Positions 37,067 to 51,177 are shown, numbered from the stretch's first letter. The stretch: 64,000 nt of DNA from Lytechinus pictus (GCF_037042905.1 NC_087248.1:6450001-6514000); one strand, 5' to 3'. Made by a program: numbers and translations. The notes: generated by a model not told the origin, from the letters alone.

Positions 37067-37247
37067 TAGGCAGCACCACCTGGAATTCTGGTAGGGGTCC
37101 ATGGTGTGACAAAATGGAGAAGAGTAACCACAATGACATACCTCTTGTATAGAAACTTTTTTTTGCTTGTCAAATTTCTCGGGGCCAAAATGACCTTCAA
37201 TATGTAATGAAACCCTTTTATCATTATTATTATATATATATATATAT

Positions 37248-37370
37248 ATATTAATGAGGCAAAGTGGTAATGCATTGTACTTAGTTCCAACAGTTTATTT
37301 TGAATTCCAAATTTTCGACGTTAAACTGTTGGAACTAAGTACAATGCATTTCCACTTGCCTCATTAATAT
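37248..37370. repeat. ~50-bp-stem hairpin between two (TA)n runs
   Basis: attaatgaggcaa..gttccaacagttta / taaactgttggaac..ttgcctcattaat. Confidence 0.8.
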
Positions 37371-37402
37371 CTTCTATGTCCAACACGCGGAACGTAATAT
37401 CG

Positions 37403-37442
<40 letters not shown>

Positions 37443-37516
37443 TATTAGTTTTTTGGGAGGCTTGTCAAATTTCTCAGAACCAAGATGACCTTCATTTTTT
37501 TGTAATGAACCCTCCT

Positions 37517-40033
37517 CAGGGGCGTAACAGGGGTCGGTGGCCAGGGGGGGGGGAGGGCCCAAGATCCAAATATTTCCCGGTCATATCATGGTATGAACGA
37601 TTGCGCCCGAGCATTAGCATGATTAGGACGAAGCTCAATGCGTGATATAAAGTTTTTAAAAAAGCAGAAAAAAAAGAGGGGGCACAGCATGTCGCGCGCG
37701 GCATAAAAGTTGCTTAATATAAGTCCCGAGAGAGCGAAGTGACCGAGAAAAAGGGCTTTTTCACCAGAATCCAACTTTGAGATTGATTTTGACAAGGCAT
37801 TCAGAAAATAACATCATATCTTACACCTTCCTTTCCTTTCCTTTCATCTTTTTTTTTCTCGGTTGTAGAACTTTTGGGGGCCAGTGCTATGCGGATCGGG
37901 TCCGGGGCAGTGGCGGCACCAGGATGTTTAACCTAGGGGGAGGCAAAAGAACAGTTGGGGGAACACACATTTGGGGGGGGGGGCTATTTCACAAAACCGA
38001 GCGACAAGCGTAAGCTAATATTTTCAATGTAGACACTACTGACTTGAAAAGGGACCTGTTAAGGACTAGCTGTTTGCATTGAGTCGTGAAGATGATATCT
38101 CACCAGATAAATAATGCGAGCGCGAAGCGCGGGCTGAAAATTTTTGATATCCTGAGATGATAACTGGACGTTCTAAGCACTACTTTTTATCATGACCTGG
38201 ATGGCTATCTAACTAAACAATTGATGCGAGCGCGTAGCCCGAGCTGAATATTTCTGATTCGTGAAAATTATGAATGTGCAGGATGTGTATCTCGCTAAAA
38301 CTAATAACAAGAACTCTGATCACGAGAAGCATATTGACTTGAACACTTGATTTTTAAGCCCCATGTGAACATATAATTTACTTATCTCAGTCAACAGTTA
38401 CTGCGAGAGCGTAGCGCGAGAGAAATTCTGAATTTTATATAATGACCTGAAAGATTTATTATATGTTGACAAAAATTGTTGGGAGTTTATTACCGTGAAT
38501 GGATGAGAAAATTTTCAAAATTTAAAGAACGAAAAAGCTGTTTGGGGCACTTTGCAGCTTTAGTACGATGCTTATGACAACATTTACTATACATTTTTTC
38601 CCCTCAATTTCGAAGGGGGGGGGGCAAGTGGGTGCCGGTGGGTGCCGTCACTGGTCCGGGGCGGAGCCCTCGGAACCTCGTGATATTTTTAAACTTTGCA
38701 GATGGCCACTTTTTTATCAAACCGCGGGTATTTACACAATACACAACTTCAAAGCAGTTGCGGATAATAAACGAAATATTTTGTGGCAGCACAACATATC
38801 AAATTTGGTAAAATTTGTAAAAAGTCGCCAGCGAGCGAGACAAATTTGGCTTTTTTAAATGATTTTGAAATAAAGTTCTATATAATTATGTGATAGTATC
38901 TTTGGAAATTAATTTTAGCCAAAATAAAATTAGACTTTTGACGGTAAATCTAGCCAGTGTAAAGCTTTATAGGTTAGGACATAGGGGGGATATAACTTGC
39001 CCTTGGCTAAGGAAATTTTGCATAAAATTTAGCAAGCTTATAATAGACGCCATCCACTTTTTTTTCCCGTTCTTTATATTTTTCAATCCTCGGCAGATCG
39101 GTCGTGTTATTAATTTTTTTTTCTTGTCCCTTTTCTTTATATTCTGATTTTTCAATTTAGGTTTTGGCTCTATTTTCATTTCCCGTTTCTTCTTGCAATT
39201 TTCTCCCATTTCCCGCCCGAACTTCTCAATTAAAAGACAAGTCCACCCCAACAAAAAGTTGATTCGAATAAAAAGAGAAAAATCCAACAAGCATAACACT
39301 GAAAATTCCATCAAAATCGGATGTAAAATAAGAAAGTTATGACATTTTAAAGTTTCGCTTAATTCCACAAAACATTTATATATGCACTTCCTGGCTGGTA
39401 TTCAATTGAGGAGACTATGACGTCATCCACTCACTATTTCTTTTGTGTTTTGTTATATGAAATATGAAATATTCTAATTTTCTCCTCATTGTCAAGTGAT
39501 ACAACTATTAATTCCTCCCTGAACATGTGGAATTAGCATTGTTTAATACTATATGGTTCAGCCAAGTTGGTCCTTAATGTCAAATCTATAAAAAATGAAA
39601 TATTGTATAATTCAAACAATAAAAAACAAAGAAATAGTGAGTGATGGACATCATCGACTGACTCACCGAGTTGTGCTTATCACTGTTTTGTGAAAAATAA
39701 GCAAAACTTTAAAATGTCATAACTTTCTTATTTTACATCCGACCTTTAACCTTGCCATTGAGTCATATCTTTTGATTTTATATCCCTCTCTTGCAAATCA
39801 TGCTATTGTATTAGCATTTCAGGATAATAGTTTCTTACATGTTCTTTCCTTCCTTTTCTCGCTTTTCTTCCATTTTTCCTATTTATGTTCTTTCTTTCAC
39901 AAACCCTTTTCCCCTTCACTTTCTTTCTTTCTTTCATTCTTTCTTTCTTTCCACTTCAATTCCTACCTTTCTCCCTTTTCTCTTTTTCTATTCCCGATGA
40001 AATCCGCCAGGGGGGGGGGCAGCTTGCCCCCCT
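37517..40033. mobile_element. Second, decayed copy of the 30126-31868 hAT family with nested insertions
   Basis: Shares ggcgtaacaggggtcggtggccagggg..tttcccggtcatatcatgg and the 3' ccgccagggggggcagcttgccccc. Confidence 0.75.
37908..38653. mobile_element. Nested hAT MITE
   Basis: 8-bp TSD GTCCGGGG; TIRs cagtggcggcacc / ggtgccgtcactg. Confidence 0.9.
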
Positions 40034-40720
40034 TAAATCTTTTTTTTTGCTTGTCAAATTTGCATCAGCACCCGGGTGGGAGGGGTGGTTTGGGGCCATG
40101 TCCCCCCCCCCCCCAAAAAAAAAAAAAGTTTAGCTTGGCTAATAACGGGCTTGGAAGGATAATCGCAGCTTTTCAATGCTCATTGTGCCGTTTCGCTTGT
40201 ATTGTGTGGCGTCATCTTGTGGCGGCAACGCCGTAAGATTAAAGCTAAACAAGATCGATACAGCGAATCACCTGTCATGGATGTCGAAAAGTAACTCCAC
40301 TCTCGGACTCGGAGGTGTGTGAAGTTAATATTTCCCGTTCTGGATCTCTACTCTCAGAATGTGACTCAGATTAGATGAGGAATAAACCATTTATTTTTGC
40401 TTTCATATGAAAAGACCTTGGATTAGAAATCGGATATCAAAACACATCGCAAATGCAAAAGAGTTTGGCTCGACGAGAAGCCGCGGTCGCAGTTACGGAA
40501 CCAGTGTTATAGCAACCGGGATGCGACGGCTCGTTGAATGGTTTTAATTGCATTATAAACATGGATGCAAAATCACTCATTATTTAGCTTCGGGATATTT
40601 ACAGTATGATTAAATATCATGAATGTTTTCTTTGATTGGTAGTTATTGCAATGGTAAGACATGGCGGCTTTGAAGTGAAGAGTGAAACTTAGAAACCAGT
40701 GGAGAAGACGAGGCGTCAAG

Positions 40721-41209
40721 ATGGCATCTCGTCCAAATTTCAATCCTCAGTGGCACGGATCGGCGGCGGCTTCTCGACGGAGACGCGTCGGCTTGGGTAC
40801 TCCTCAGTACCTCGGTGGAGGCAGCGCGTCGATGCAGCCAAGGAATTCTCGAATGTTTGGCGGTGTTCAATCCCATAGAGTAAGAAATTCATACGATGCT
40901 AGGGATTCTGGTGTTAGTTATGTTCCAAGAGGACAGTTTGCCACAGACTTTGCAACTTACGAAGATGATGTGATAGTGGAAGAGATCGAAGATGAGGATT
41001 GGGAGGAATATGGCTTTGGAGAGCGTGAAACAGTTGTGGAAAGGCAGCTGAGTCAGAGCATATCATATGACTCGGATCTGTCCGGTAGTCCATCTAATTC
41101 TACTGTGAAGAGAACTACAGAAGATTGGCACTCGGTGTTTGATACAAAGTTGCAACAATCATCAGACTTTTCAGTCACAGCCACTTTGCCCAAAGGACGC
41201 AAAGTTTTG
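40721..41209 (+). CDS. First coding exon (163 aa) of an unidentified large gene; continues beyond the window
   Basis: caagATGGC start, CpG-rich coding-like composition, MASRPNFNPQW...LPKGRKVL, phase-0 donor TTG|GTAAGT. No domain recognised; no further exon confidently found. Confidence 0.75.
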
Positions 41210-41459
41210 GTAAGTAAAAAAAAAGAGAAAAATTAGATATAATGAGAGATAGATCTCTTGGTAAGATAGGTCTAATTGCAAAATCACAGACCCTGATTGA
41301 AACTTTGATCAGCAAGTGTGTCTCCACGCAAAGACTAGCACACACAAAACTTGCTGTTACAATTCAGGAGCGAGAGGGCCTTCAGTACACAAGGCACGAG
41401 TAAGCTGCACATTCAGACCCTTAACTCGAGTGAAGGGTTCGCACAGCAGACTACACCAC

Positions 41460-41985
41460 TGCACCACCATCAGTTGCATTAATTACTAATTTCATCATCA
41501 CTGACTTCACCACCATCTTTGCCACCATCGTCATTTCGCAACACCATTAGTAAACATCTTCATCTTGTCATCGCAATCATCACCAACACCATAAACATCA
41601 CAACCATCATTACTGTTGCCATCATCATTGTCATGTACCATCAACCTACATGTACCAATTATCATTACTCATCACTTTCACCATTTCCTCCTCTGCCACA
41701 TATCATCATCACTTTCATTGTCATTTTCATATTCTCATCATCACCACCACAATCATCACCACTACTACCAAAACCTGCAACACCACCACCATCATGGTCA
41801 TCATCATCGTCATCTTCGCCACCACCACCACCACCTTGTCACTATCACCATCACGTTACCTCTACAATCCAATCATCACCACTATTTCCACCATCATCTC
41901 CATCACCAAGCAACCACCTCAACTACCACCATCATCATGACAATGACAATGACTACCACCACCAATGCAATATCACCACCACAGA
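41460..41985. repeat. (CAT/CAC)n cryptic simple repeat
   Basis: Read directly; it produces low-complexity ORFs in all three + frames. Confidence 0.85.
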
Positions 41986-44839
41986 AAAACTGCAAGAAAC
42001 TCCCCAATCAAGACTGCAAAATATTGTGAGTCATCTTGTGGTTTTTCTATCATCGCGAGTAAATTACTCGCGATGTGCATCCAATGATCCGAAACTGTGT
42101 GATGTTTTGTTTAAATATTGTGCGTTGCCAATAGGCAAAGCAATAAATCCATTGCGCAAGCGCACCCATGTCCAAAAGACCCTGATGTAGTTACCGGTCG
42201 AGAAAGATTGCGATGTTTTGCTCCAGTGTGGTGAATCAAGAGGTTTAAAAGATCGCAATGAGTCAAATCATTGTGGTCTTTCAAATGAGAACAACCCTGA
42301 TATTAGGTTTGAGGGTCTACTTTTTGTACTCGATATTACCCAAGTGGGTCCACCCAACATGGATGCATCTGACCTTGCAAAAGTAGGTAAAGCATAAAAT
42401 GGTATAAATTCTAAGCCAAATCAGACTCTGAGAGTGAGATAAATATTGGGACTATAACCCTGAATCGGGAAGATCATAGAACCAATATTTTTGACCTACA
42501 TGTACATGTATCAAATGCATACAGACTGGGGTTATGGTATTTTGACTTCGAAAAAAAAGAGGAAATTTCTCAACTCCTGACTTTGAAATTACAAATTGGG
42601 ACAACTGCACAGTGTACGCATACGGAGTCAAGTGCAAAGAGCAAAAATTACTGGCTGTGTGTGTGTGTTTGTTAATTCAGTGTTTGGACGGGTATTAATC
42701 TAATATGATTATTTACGTATACATATCTGGGCCCAACCTTCAACATCACCGTCTGAACAACCTGACCAGGACTAGAACCCCGAACCTCAGCATCATTTTC
42801 CCAAATGATGGTCTGGTGCACGTCACAGCACCCAGTTGGCCAAAGATACTTTGGACTTTGGGAGTAAGAATAGTGTAGGGTTAAGAAAAATTTAGCATGA
42901 AATTGATGTTTACAAAGTAAATGAAGGCTATAGCAAAGGTGGTTTGAGGATGCTGCCTGAAAAAGGAGAATTTCTGAAAAATGAGGGTCACGTTAGATAA
43001 AGTTAAGTCACACAGTACTGTGTCAATACATTAATGAAAAAAATATATATTATGGGAAATTTCATCTGTCAAAAGTCATTGACTCCATAGATGTTCAGTT
43101 GTGAAATGAAAGAAAAACAGAACGAAGGTGGGCATTGTTTACTTCTCTGCAGTGCAATGTTTTGTTTGGTACTATTCTTTTTCTACCAGTCACCTCTCTG
43201 TGACCTATCTTTATCATGTATGTCAAGGATTGACATCTTCGCAGGGGGTCCCCACCCTCCCAGGGGCTTCACGTGCACAACCTGCCTCCCAGTGACATGA
43301 TACCCCCAGGGGCTAGACTACGATCAATCAATGATTCAATGGTTTTTAGTTTTAAGAGCCGAAACTATGGAAATTCCTTTTTACCTTATGTGAAGGATTT
43401 ATATTAAATCCATATTACAACCCTATATGTACATGTAGATAAGATCTCGGCAGCAATCGCTGGGTAGGACATATTGTTAAAGCACGATTAACAACTAGAA
43501 CATGCAGTTTTAATACATGTAGATCTGTCAACTTCTCTTGGGGATACGACTATGGAAAAGTGATCTCAAATGAAAAGTTTAGAATTATTTTTTTATATTG
43601 ACAGATTATTATGAATAACCTACATACATTGTAAATCATACTTATGTACATTGTACATTGATGGGGCTGTGAGTGGTACAGTATTTGCTTTAGGTTGCAA
43701 ATATTGAATTAACATAATTTTTGTCATTCATGTGGAATAGCCAGTTTGTCCTCACTGGTAAGGGATAGGGATGTTTGTTTTAGATGCATGATGAATTTAA
43801 TGATTCATTTTATACACTGTAAGTATGTATTAGAGGTTGGGGTTACTCTACAAGTGCAAGTTTTGTAAAATTCGTAAATTTGAATCATTTTTGTTGTTGC
43901 CTTATTAATTGTTGAGAAGCTATCGCACAGACCTTGATACTAGTAATTTGCCATTGTGCGATTCTATTATCTGTGGTGGCATGTCTGTATAACAATGGAA
44001 AAACCAATCTAGTACTAAAATAAAAATTGCACTGCCTGCAGTAATATATTTCATGTAAATACATAATTTCCCTGCTTTTTACTAGATTTGAAGTTTTACA
44101 AGGCTATCTGGAATGTCTTAATATGTTATTTTACCTTAAAGCTTGTACAATTTTCTTTGTTATCAAAACAATCCAAAATAAAATATTACTATTATTTCCA
44201 TTGAATGATCCATGTTCCATACTTCAGTATGTACACTTGTACATGTTTTTCACATTACAAAATGAAAATAATGAATACACTCGTTGGCTTGCCCTATCTA
44301 TGTGTAGTCATAACCATTCCATTAGAGAAGAGAGATTTTACAATAGTACTATTGGAAAATATAGCGGTGCACAGTATTTATCCTTATTCTGTGAATAGAC
44401 CTTCAAATTTGCAAAGTGCAAACACGATACTGGGACTTGGTGTAAAGCTGAACTTTTCATTTCATTTTATTTCACTTTTAATGCTACTTGGAGTGGACTA
44501 TCAACCAGAAAATCTACCATGTTTGAGTTTGATTGGTCAGATTTTCAATAAAAATCAGTCATTGTTGATATTCTTTGAAGGTTGGAATTGCACAGTTTAC
44601 AATATACATTTATGTACATGTACAGGCCCTATTTGTAGAATCAAGATTGACTTTGTGAATTTAATGAATTGCAATGCTATATTGAGTGTACCGGTATTTG
44701 AATTGACTTTACGGTTCCAATTGAAAAAATACCTCTGGGCTTGACATGAAAATAAAATGAAAATCCACATTTGATTGTTTTAAATTTATATATGAAACAG
44801 GAATAAGAGTCTGAAAATTAATTTTGCCCAATTGATCAT

Positions 44840-45018
44840 AGTCCCGGCAGCCACTGTGCAGTGCTATATAGATCAACGTTCCTCTATCCCTTGGCTTAAG
44901 TCGTTGAATGCGAAACAGGGAAGCAGAAAAATGTTTTTGGTCTGACATGGCTGGGGTTTGAACTCCTGACTCGCGGTTGTCAAGACGGACGCTCTACCAA
45001 CTGAGCCAACACACTGGC
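44840..45018 (-). mobile_element. tRNA-derived SINE
   Basis: Minus-strand head tggctcagttggtagagcgtccgtc..ggagttcaaaccccagcc (A and B boxes) runs on into a non-tRNA body. Confidence 0.75.
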
Positions 45019-45021
45019 TAA

Positions 45022-45302
45022 AGGCCTGGTCCCACTGCATATACGGATGCAGAGAGGATGCAAAACAGAAAAGAATCTTGCCATCTGTTGGAATACTTTA
45101 TGTATCCGTTGTGTACTCTTCGCATACGTGTTTCATATGCTCTACATGTATATTCATTGAGCATCCATCCACTGTGATTTCATTCGCCCATTTTGTCCAT
45201 TGTCTAGCGGATGAAAACAGATGGAGCCACCACAAAAATTTGCTTGTCCGCTGTATCTGTTATGAATACGTTTTGTGTCCGTCGGCCAGTGGGACCAGGC
45301 CT
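45022..45302. mobile_element. Harbinger-like MITE
   Basis: TAA|aggcctggtcccactg ... cagtgggaccaggcct|TTA. Confidence 0.85.
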
Positions 45303-46682
45303 TTAGGGCGATTTTGCCTCCGAATTCAGAGGATGAAACATTCCTGACTAGAATGATGATGATACCTGCTTCAAAACAAAAGATGTATTGTAGGCATACT
45401 TTGCATTTCAGTTTACATGGTCCTAGACCACTTACATGTAATTCATTAGATGAAAGAATCTGTCTAGAGCTGTACAGTATGTGCACAGTTGATGCATATT
45501 AAAGGTAGACCACGTCATTTTTGCTTTTTATAATGAGAGCAATTCTAAACCAAGTCATTGTGTGAATGTACTGGTGCTATTGATTATTGTATTGAAGAAG
45601 ACTGTGAATTGACATAGAAATGTCTTTCCTGGTGGTCGGCAAAACCACCTGTCGCTTTTCACTTCTTTCAATGAAATGCTCCTCTTCATGAAAAACATTG
45701 CTTCATAGTACTTAGTTTGTGTGCAGTCTATTATACAGGGATTTAGTAATCTATCATCCTTATCCACCTTCTTATCTTCTCATTCACATGAAAATCAATA
45801 CTTTAAGTAATAAATCATGTAGCCTGATACCATGGGGAGGGGGCACAGGGCTATACTTTCCAAAATACAGTTTACATGTACTGTAGGATGAGTCTTTGTG
45901 TGCTCTGATAGTGACAATGAAAGTAAACTTTTACCAAAGGGAAGGGGGAGGGGAGGGAGATGCCCCTATCCGAGGCCTGCATGTACATGTACATCCTTCC
46001 TCCTGGAAAGATAGCCGGACAGTAAATTTTGGGATACTGCAGCCCTGTACATTTACATTTATTATTTTGAGTGGAAGCCTTCACAGCATCTGCTTATCTC
46101 TGGATGACCTTTAACCTGTGAAGAGAGAGCACCTCCTGTGAAGGATGACATGGTCAAGAACTTGAACCTGGTATTGACTGCATGTGTAGTAGCATGTTTT
46201 GACTCGGGAGTAGGCCCATGACTAGCATGTACCTGTAATATGTTGTAAATGGTCTTTAATCCAGCCATACAGTGTACAGTGTACTTTTCAAATTCAAAAT
46301 GTTCATTTTATTTTTTGGAGACTGCTTGTAGTACATTGTGTACAGGTGTTGGCCTACGTGCTTTTACCTCCACCATCATAATGCATGAAAAAGATGCCAC
46401 AAAAATGCACCATGGACAGGAATCATTTTCCCCATTATAGTGTTCACTTTCTTGCTCAATGTTTTGGGTCTGCGGGATGGGTGGGTAGTCTACATGTACA
46501 GGGTTTAGAGGTCATGCTCCGTTGGCTTCAGGTATGCCAGAATTTTATTCCTCTTGAGATTGAATTTCAAATGATGTCAGAATGAAAAACAACCCCATTT
46601 ACCAGCTTTTGTAGACTTGTTGACAGCCCATGGTGTGGATAAACATGCATACTCATGACATATAGGCCTTCATGTAGGCCCA

Positions 46683-47020
46683 ACACCGTGGTGTAGTGGT
46701 TCTGACACTTGCCTTGTAATCAGAGGGTCATGTGTTTGAGTCTTATCATGGAATATAGCGTCCGTTGGCAAGGTGTTAATCCATACTTTGTCAATCTCCA
46801 CCCAGGTAGTAAATGGGTATCCAGGATGTGAAAGCCTATGTCGTATGCCTTGCAATTGCGTCTTGGAACTCTTGTTGGAATGCTCCCCAGGAAGTGGAGA
46901 AAGTGCATACGTTGTTTGCGGGCATGCCAGAATCCGATAACTGGGGTAATATATCTGTAAAGCGTGAATAGAGACGTCTCTCTGATTTATCGAACGTTAT
47001 ATAACAGCGGATTATTGTTA
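46683..47020 (+). mobile_element. tRNA-derived SINE
   Basis: A-box cgtggtgtagtgg; core ctccacccaggtagtaaatgggta; tail tgtaaagcg..ataa. Confidence 0.7.
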
Positions 47021-48580
47021 AATGCGTCACAGTTTTAGTAGGCATACATGTACAAAAAGAAGAAATTGCAAAAGAAAAAACCCCAAACAACATGTACATC
47101 TCAATTGGTTCAAGTGATATACCGGTACATGTAACTACTATTTCAATTCCATCTTGTCTTTAAAAGAAGTGAAACTTCATGATTTTGTTAAATTATTTTC
47201 AAACAGATAATGGCAAGAAACAAATGCTGGAAAATAGTGAGAATGTGTAGGCCTAATTGTACATATTACCAGATCAAAAATTGAGAAAAGGTATAAGGCC
47301 CCACAAGAATGACAAGATACATGTACATATAGGCATAACAAGTTAACAAAAACATGTAGCTGGAGTGGAGCTTGTGTAAGATAATCCTGGACATTCTTTT
47401 TTTTTTAAAGTTTTTTAATTCAGTTGTATTAATAAAAGTTGTAAGATTCTGATTATAGTGTTATGGAGACCAATTACCAGTAGAATACATGTGAGCAACC
47501 ATTGCCCCGTTTATAGTGGACTTAAACTTTAATCTTTCACAAATATTTGCCCTTGTATTCATTTACTCCGGATAAATAACTCTTCTTTATTTCCCCAACC
47601 ATGGTTGCTGTACATATCAATACTTCAGAACAAATTTTCTTGGATTTTGTATACTGGAACATGCTACAGTATATTATTTATTTATTTATTATTACTGTAT
47701 AATGTTATTTATTTATTTGAATTTTATGCAAAAGAAAAAAGGTGCAGGCCCTATACATTAATTAGCATTACAAAAATATTCGAATTACCACCTCGGTAAA
47801 CCATGGATAGGCAAAAAGAAAACAATGTACAGTAGGCCTAATGTTTCATTTCTATCATGGACCTACATGTACATAATTGTAGGTCCATGACTTTTATATG
47901 TGCTAAACCGTTTGCAAACATACAGGCATGCAATGAAAAGTAGGATATAGAATAAAATATTACGGGGAAATTTCTTGTAAAATAGGTTTATAGTCCAGCT
48001 GAAAGTTCAAATTTCAAAAGTTCAGTGTCCATGTATCAGGGAATAAAAAACGTTGAATAAACATAAAATAAAAATTCTACATTTCCCTCTCAATCTAAGA
48101 ACATAGAAATAATGTACATTGTACACTTTAATATGCAGACCGGTAAAGAGTCCTGATTCTTGGATTTATAATGATATACATTGTAAATAGATGTACATGT
48201 ACATTGTTTTTCTCAGTTCATTCAAATCTGTAGGTTAGCTACATTGTGCATGTATACATCTATAAAGGTGATGTTTACATGTTCATATAAGTAATTAATC
48301 TGTTAATTATGAAAAGACATAGCTCTGAATCATCAAATACAACATTCCTGTGCAAGGAGTTCAGAGATGGCAGATCGATTTCTCAAACAAAGTTGCAATT
48401 TGGTAGAATGAAGATTGTTCACTGATATGTTTCCTCATTTCTGTCATAATGATCATCATTTGCATGGCTACACCCCCAAACAACCTAGCTAATTTTGAGT
48501 CTGTAGAGTGTAGAATGGAAAGTATTTCCTTGCAGAAGTATACTGTATGCTGCAAGTACATGTGTCTGTCTATAAAAAAG

Positions 48581-48950
48581 AGTACCGAAATGTGACGTCA
48601 TCTACTTTCCGTTTTTGCATGTCAGCGTTTTTTATGATGAAAAACCCCCACAACGCAAATTTGGCTGGAATCGGTCTATGGGTCCCCAAGAAATGACCTC
48701 ATGAATACATATTAGCCCCATTGAAGTCAATGTATTATTGGTCTGGTTCTATATGTTAGGAACCAGGCCAATAATACATTGACTTCAGTGGGGCTCATTA
48801 GGTATTCTTGAGGTCATATCCAAGGCCCCCATGGACCGATTCCCACCAAATTTTGGTACTGGGTTTTTTTCATCATTCTCTACCAAAATATGGTATCAAA
48901 AACACTGAAATGCCCAAAAAGTTATTTTTATGACGTCATCACTTCGGTAT
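48581..48950. mobile_element. Palindromic MITE with an internal ~38-bp hairpin
   Basis: taccgaa..tgacgtcat / atgacgtca..ttcggta; central agccccattgaagtcaatgtattattgg / ccaataatacattgacttcagtggggct. Confidence 0.75.
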
Positions 48951-48952
48951 TA

Positions 48953-49796
48953 CCATGGACCTATTACGAATGGACATTCAACGAGAGCATTTTATGACCA
49001 CCACCTGTTTCCAGCTGTCAAAATTGCTGTCTAACCCTTAACTTTCTCTTTACGCGGTTTTTACAACGACCGCCCGGGGTGATTGTTTACACAAGCTCCT
49101 TTCGCCCGATGATCGTCACCGATCGATCACTGGCCCTCTTTCGACCAAAGACGGTCATGTTGTAGCCCCGATTGCCAATAGGGAAAGTCCTTACATTACC
49201 TAGAATGCAATGCGCAATTCATATCCGGTTTTTCAGTACATTATTTTAGGCTCTCTATAATGTGCGATTGTCGTCTGTCCATCAAAAAAATTCCCGTTAA
49301 ATTTCATCAATCCTGTGGAATTTTATGCCCAAATGAAAATCAACTTCTGACCGAAGGTAAGCGCTACTATCGACATCGATACTGTCCGAAAAAGCTGAGA
49401 TTTTAACGTTTTTCCGCAGATTTTTTCGTCGAATTTCAACTGCTTTTTTGCCGTAGATATACGGATCTGCAAGGTGATGTCAATGCATTTCATTTCCGGT
49501 TGTTAGCGATGTACGTAAAAAATACGTTTATGCACGCCTGTTTTCTTGTTTCTGCTATCATTTTCATAGCGCTAACGTTCGCTGCTGTGCGTTGCTTTTG
49601 ATAAAGTGAACGAACAACATCGCAATGGGTAGGAGCAGCGTACAATTGATTTCCGCTGTCAATCAGTGAGAGCATGTTTTACGACCGGCTTGATGGGTGT
49701 CAGCTGCCAGCGCTCTGTTTATAAAAGGATTAGCGGCGACGGTCTCTGTGTCAAAGGAGGGGATTCGTTGAATGTCCATTCGTAATAGGTCCATGG
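48953..49796. mobile_element. Non-autonomous DNA transposon, perfect 32-bp TIR, TA flanks
   Basis: ccatggacctattacgaatggacattcaacga / tcgttgaatgtccattcgtaataggtccatgg. Confidence 0.9.
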
Positions 49797-50750
49797 TATT
49801 ACCACCCCTTACATGTATTCCTTACAGTTATACTCCAATTCCAAATCATCTGGACAGGTACATACATGTAACATACCATAGTAGAAATTTTCAAATGTAC
49901 AACATGTGTATGCAGGCCTATAATTTTACACAAACAAAATTAAAAGAAAGTTTTAGTATTCATATTTTGTACAATTTATTACAGCATGGTAGGCAAACAT
50001 GTATATTATGGTACATTATAAATCTTATGAAATCATGCTGCGAATAATCATCATGGCCTGCATCACATTAGTATTTGTATGCACATGTAGGAAGATCCAT
50101 GTGACAAATCCATCTTTTAATGAAAAATATGAAGATGAGCAATATGTTGGCTATTTTGCATCATAATACATAAATGTATGCCTACAAAATACATATGCTG
50201 CTTTCATTCATAAAACAGTAAAAGTGTTCTGATTGAATAATCAATGCATAGAATAAAACTTAAATAAGTGAATATGTTCACGTTGACACATTTTAACAAA
50301 GAATGTCACCAGCTCTGTAATTTACTCCCATTAAGTACAAATATATACACATGTAGACCGACTTGTAGCTTTTTATCCATGTACATACACTACAGTAACT
50401 ATTGCATACACGCATCTGCAGCCATATGTACTTCAAAGAGAGAGAGAGGAAATAAAAGAGAAAAAATGAGAAAGAGAGAAAGAAAATGTTTTTAATAATA
50501 CTGCTGGGATTATATTAAAGGAAATTCTATTCAGAAGCAACCATGTAATTAATTGGCCAAGCACACTGTTCACTGAGCACACTGTTACACACTCTCTGTT
50601 CACACTATATATCCAAGGAGGGGCAAAGTCATAGAAATTCTTTTTAAGAATACCTTTGACCATTCACACCCTGTTTTTGCATCTTAGACAGAGGCTCTAG
50701 GCTACTACAATAGAATATATAAATTATGCGCATGCATACATGTATAGTAT

Positions 50751-51177
50751 GAGGCTGTTCTCACTACGTTCCTAAAACTAGTTTACTGGAAACTGTCGAA
50801 GCGGTCTTGGAAGCGATCTTTCAAACCAGTTTGGAAAACCACCTCGCGATGTAGTTTTCAAGATCGCTTTGCCTCGTTAAACTGGTTTTAGTGTAAATGA
50901 GGACACAACCGTTCTTCGGGATGCGATCTTCTCACATTTTGAGCGCGCTACTCCACACAACAGGTGTAGAATGCCTATGCTGCGGTTTCGAGTTTCGCGC
51001 GAAACGTGTCACCCCACTGAGAGCGTTTCCACAGCATCAAGAGTGCTTTACGTGAAGTGATTTTGAAAACCACTTCCGTGTGATCAAGTGGGAACGCTAG
51101 CAAAGCGATCTTCCAAAGTGGTTTCGTGAATCGGTTTCCAGTAAACTAGTTTTAGAAAGGGTAATGAGAACGGCCTC
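50751..51177. mobile_element. MITE (Harbinger-like termini)
   Basis: gaggctgttctca..ctaaaactagtttactggaaac / gtttccagtaaactagttttag..tgagaacggcctc. Confidence 0.85.

Noticed and set aside
41519..42190. His/Pro/Thr-rich ORFs in three frames
   Set aside because: By-product of a (CAT/CAC)n simple repeat in an intron.
44205..44744. 179-aa ORF
   Set aside because: AT-rich, no recognisable motif or convincing splice context; likely chance.
44945..45018. tRNA gene (also ~10235, ~30101, ~46683)
   Set aside because: A/B boxes are present but there is no complete cloverleaf, and the sequence continues into a SINE body.
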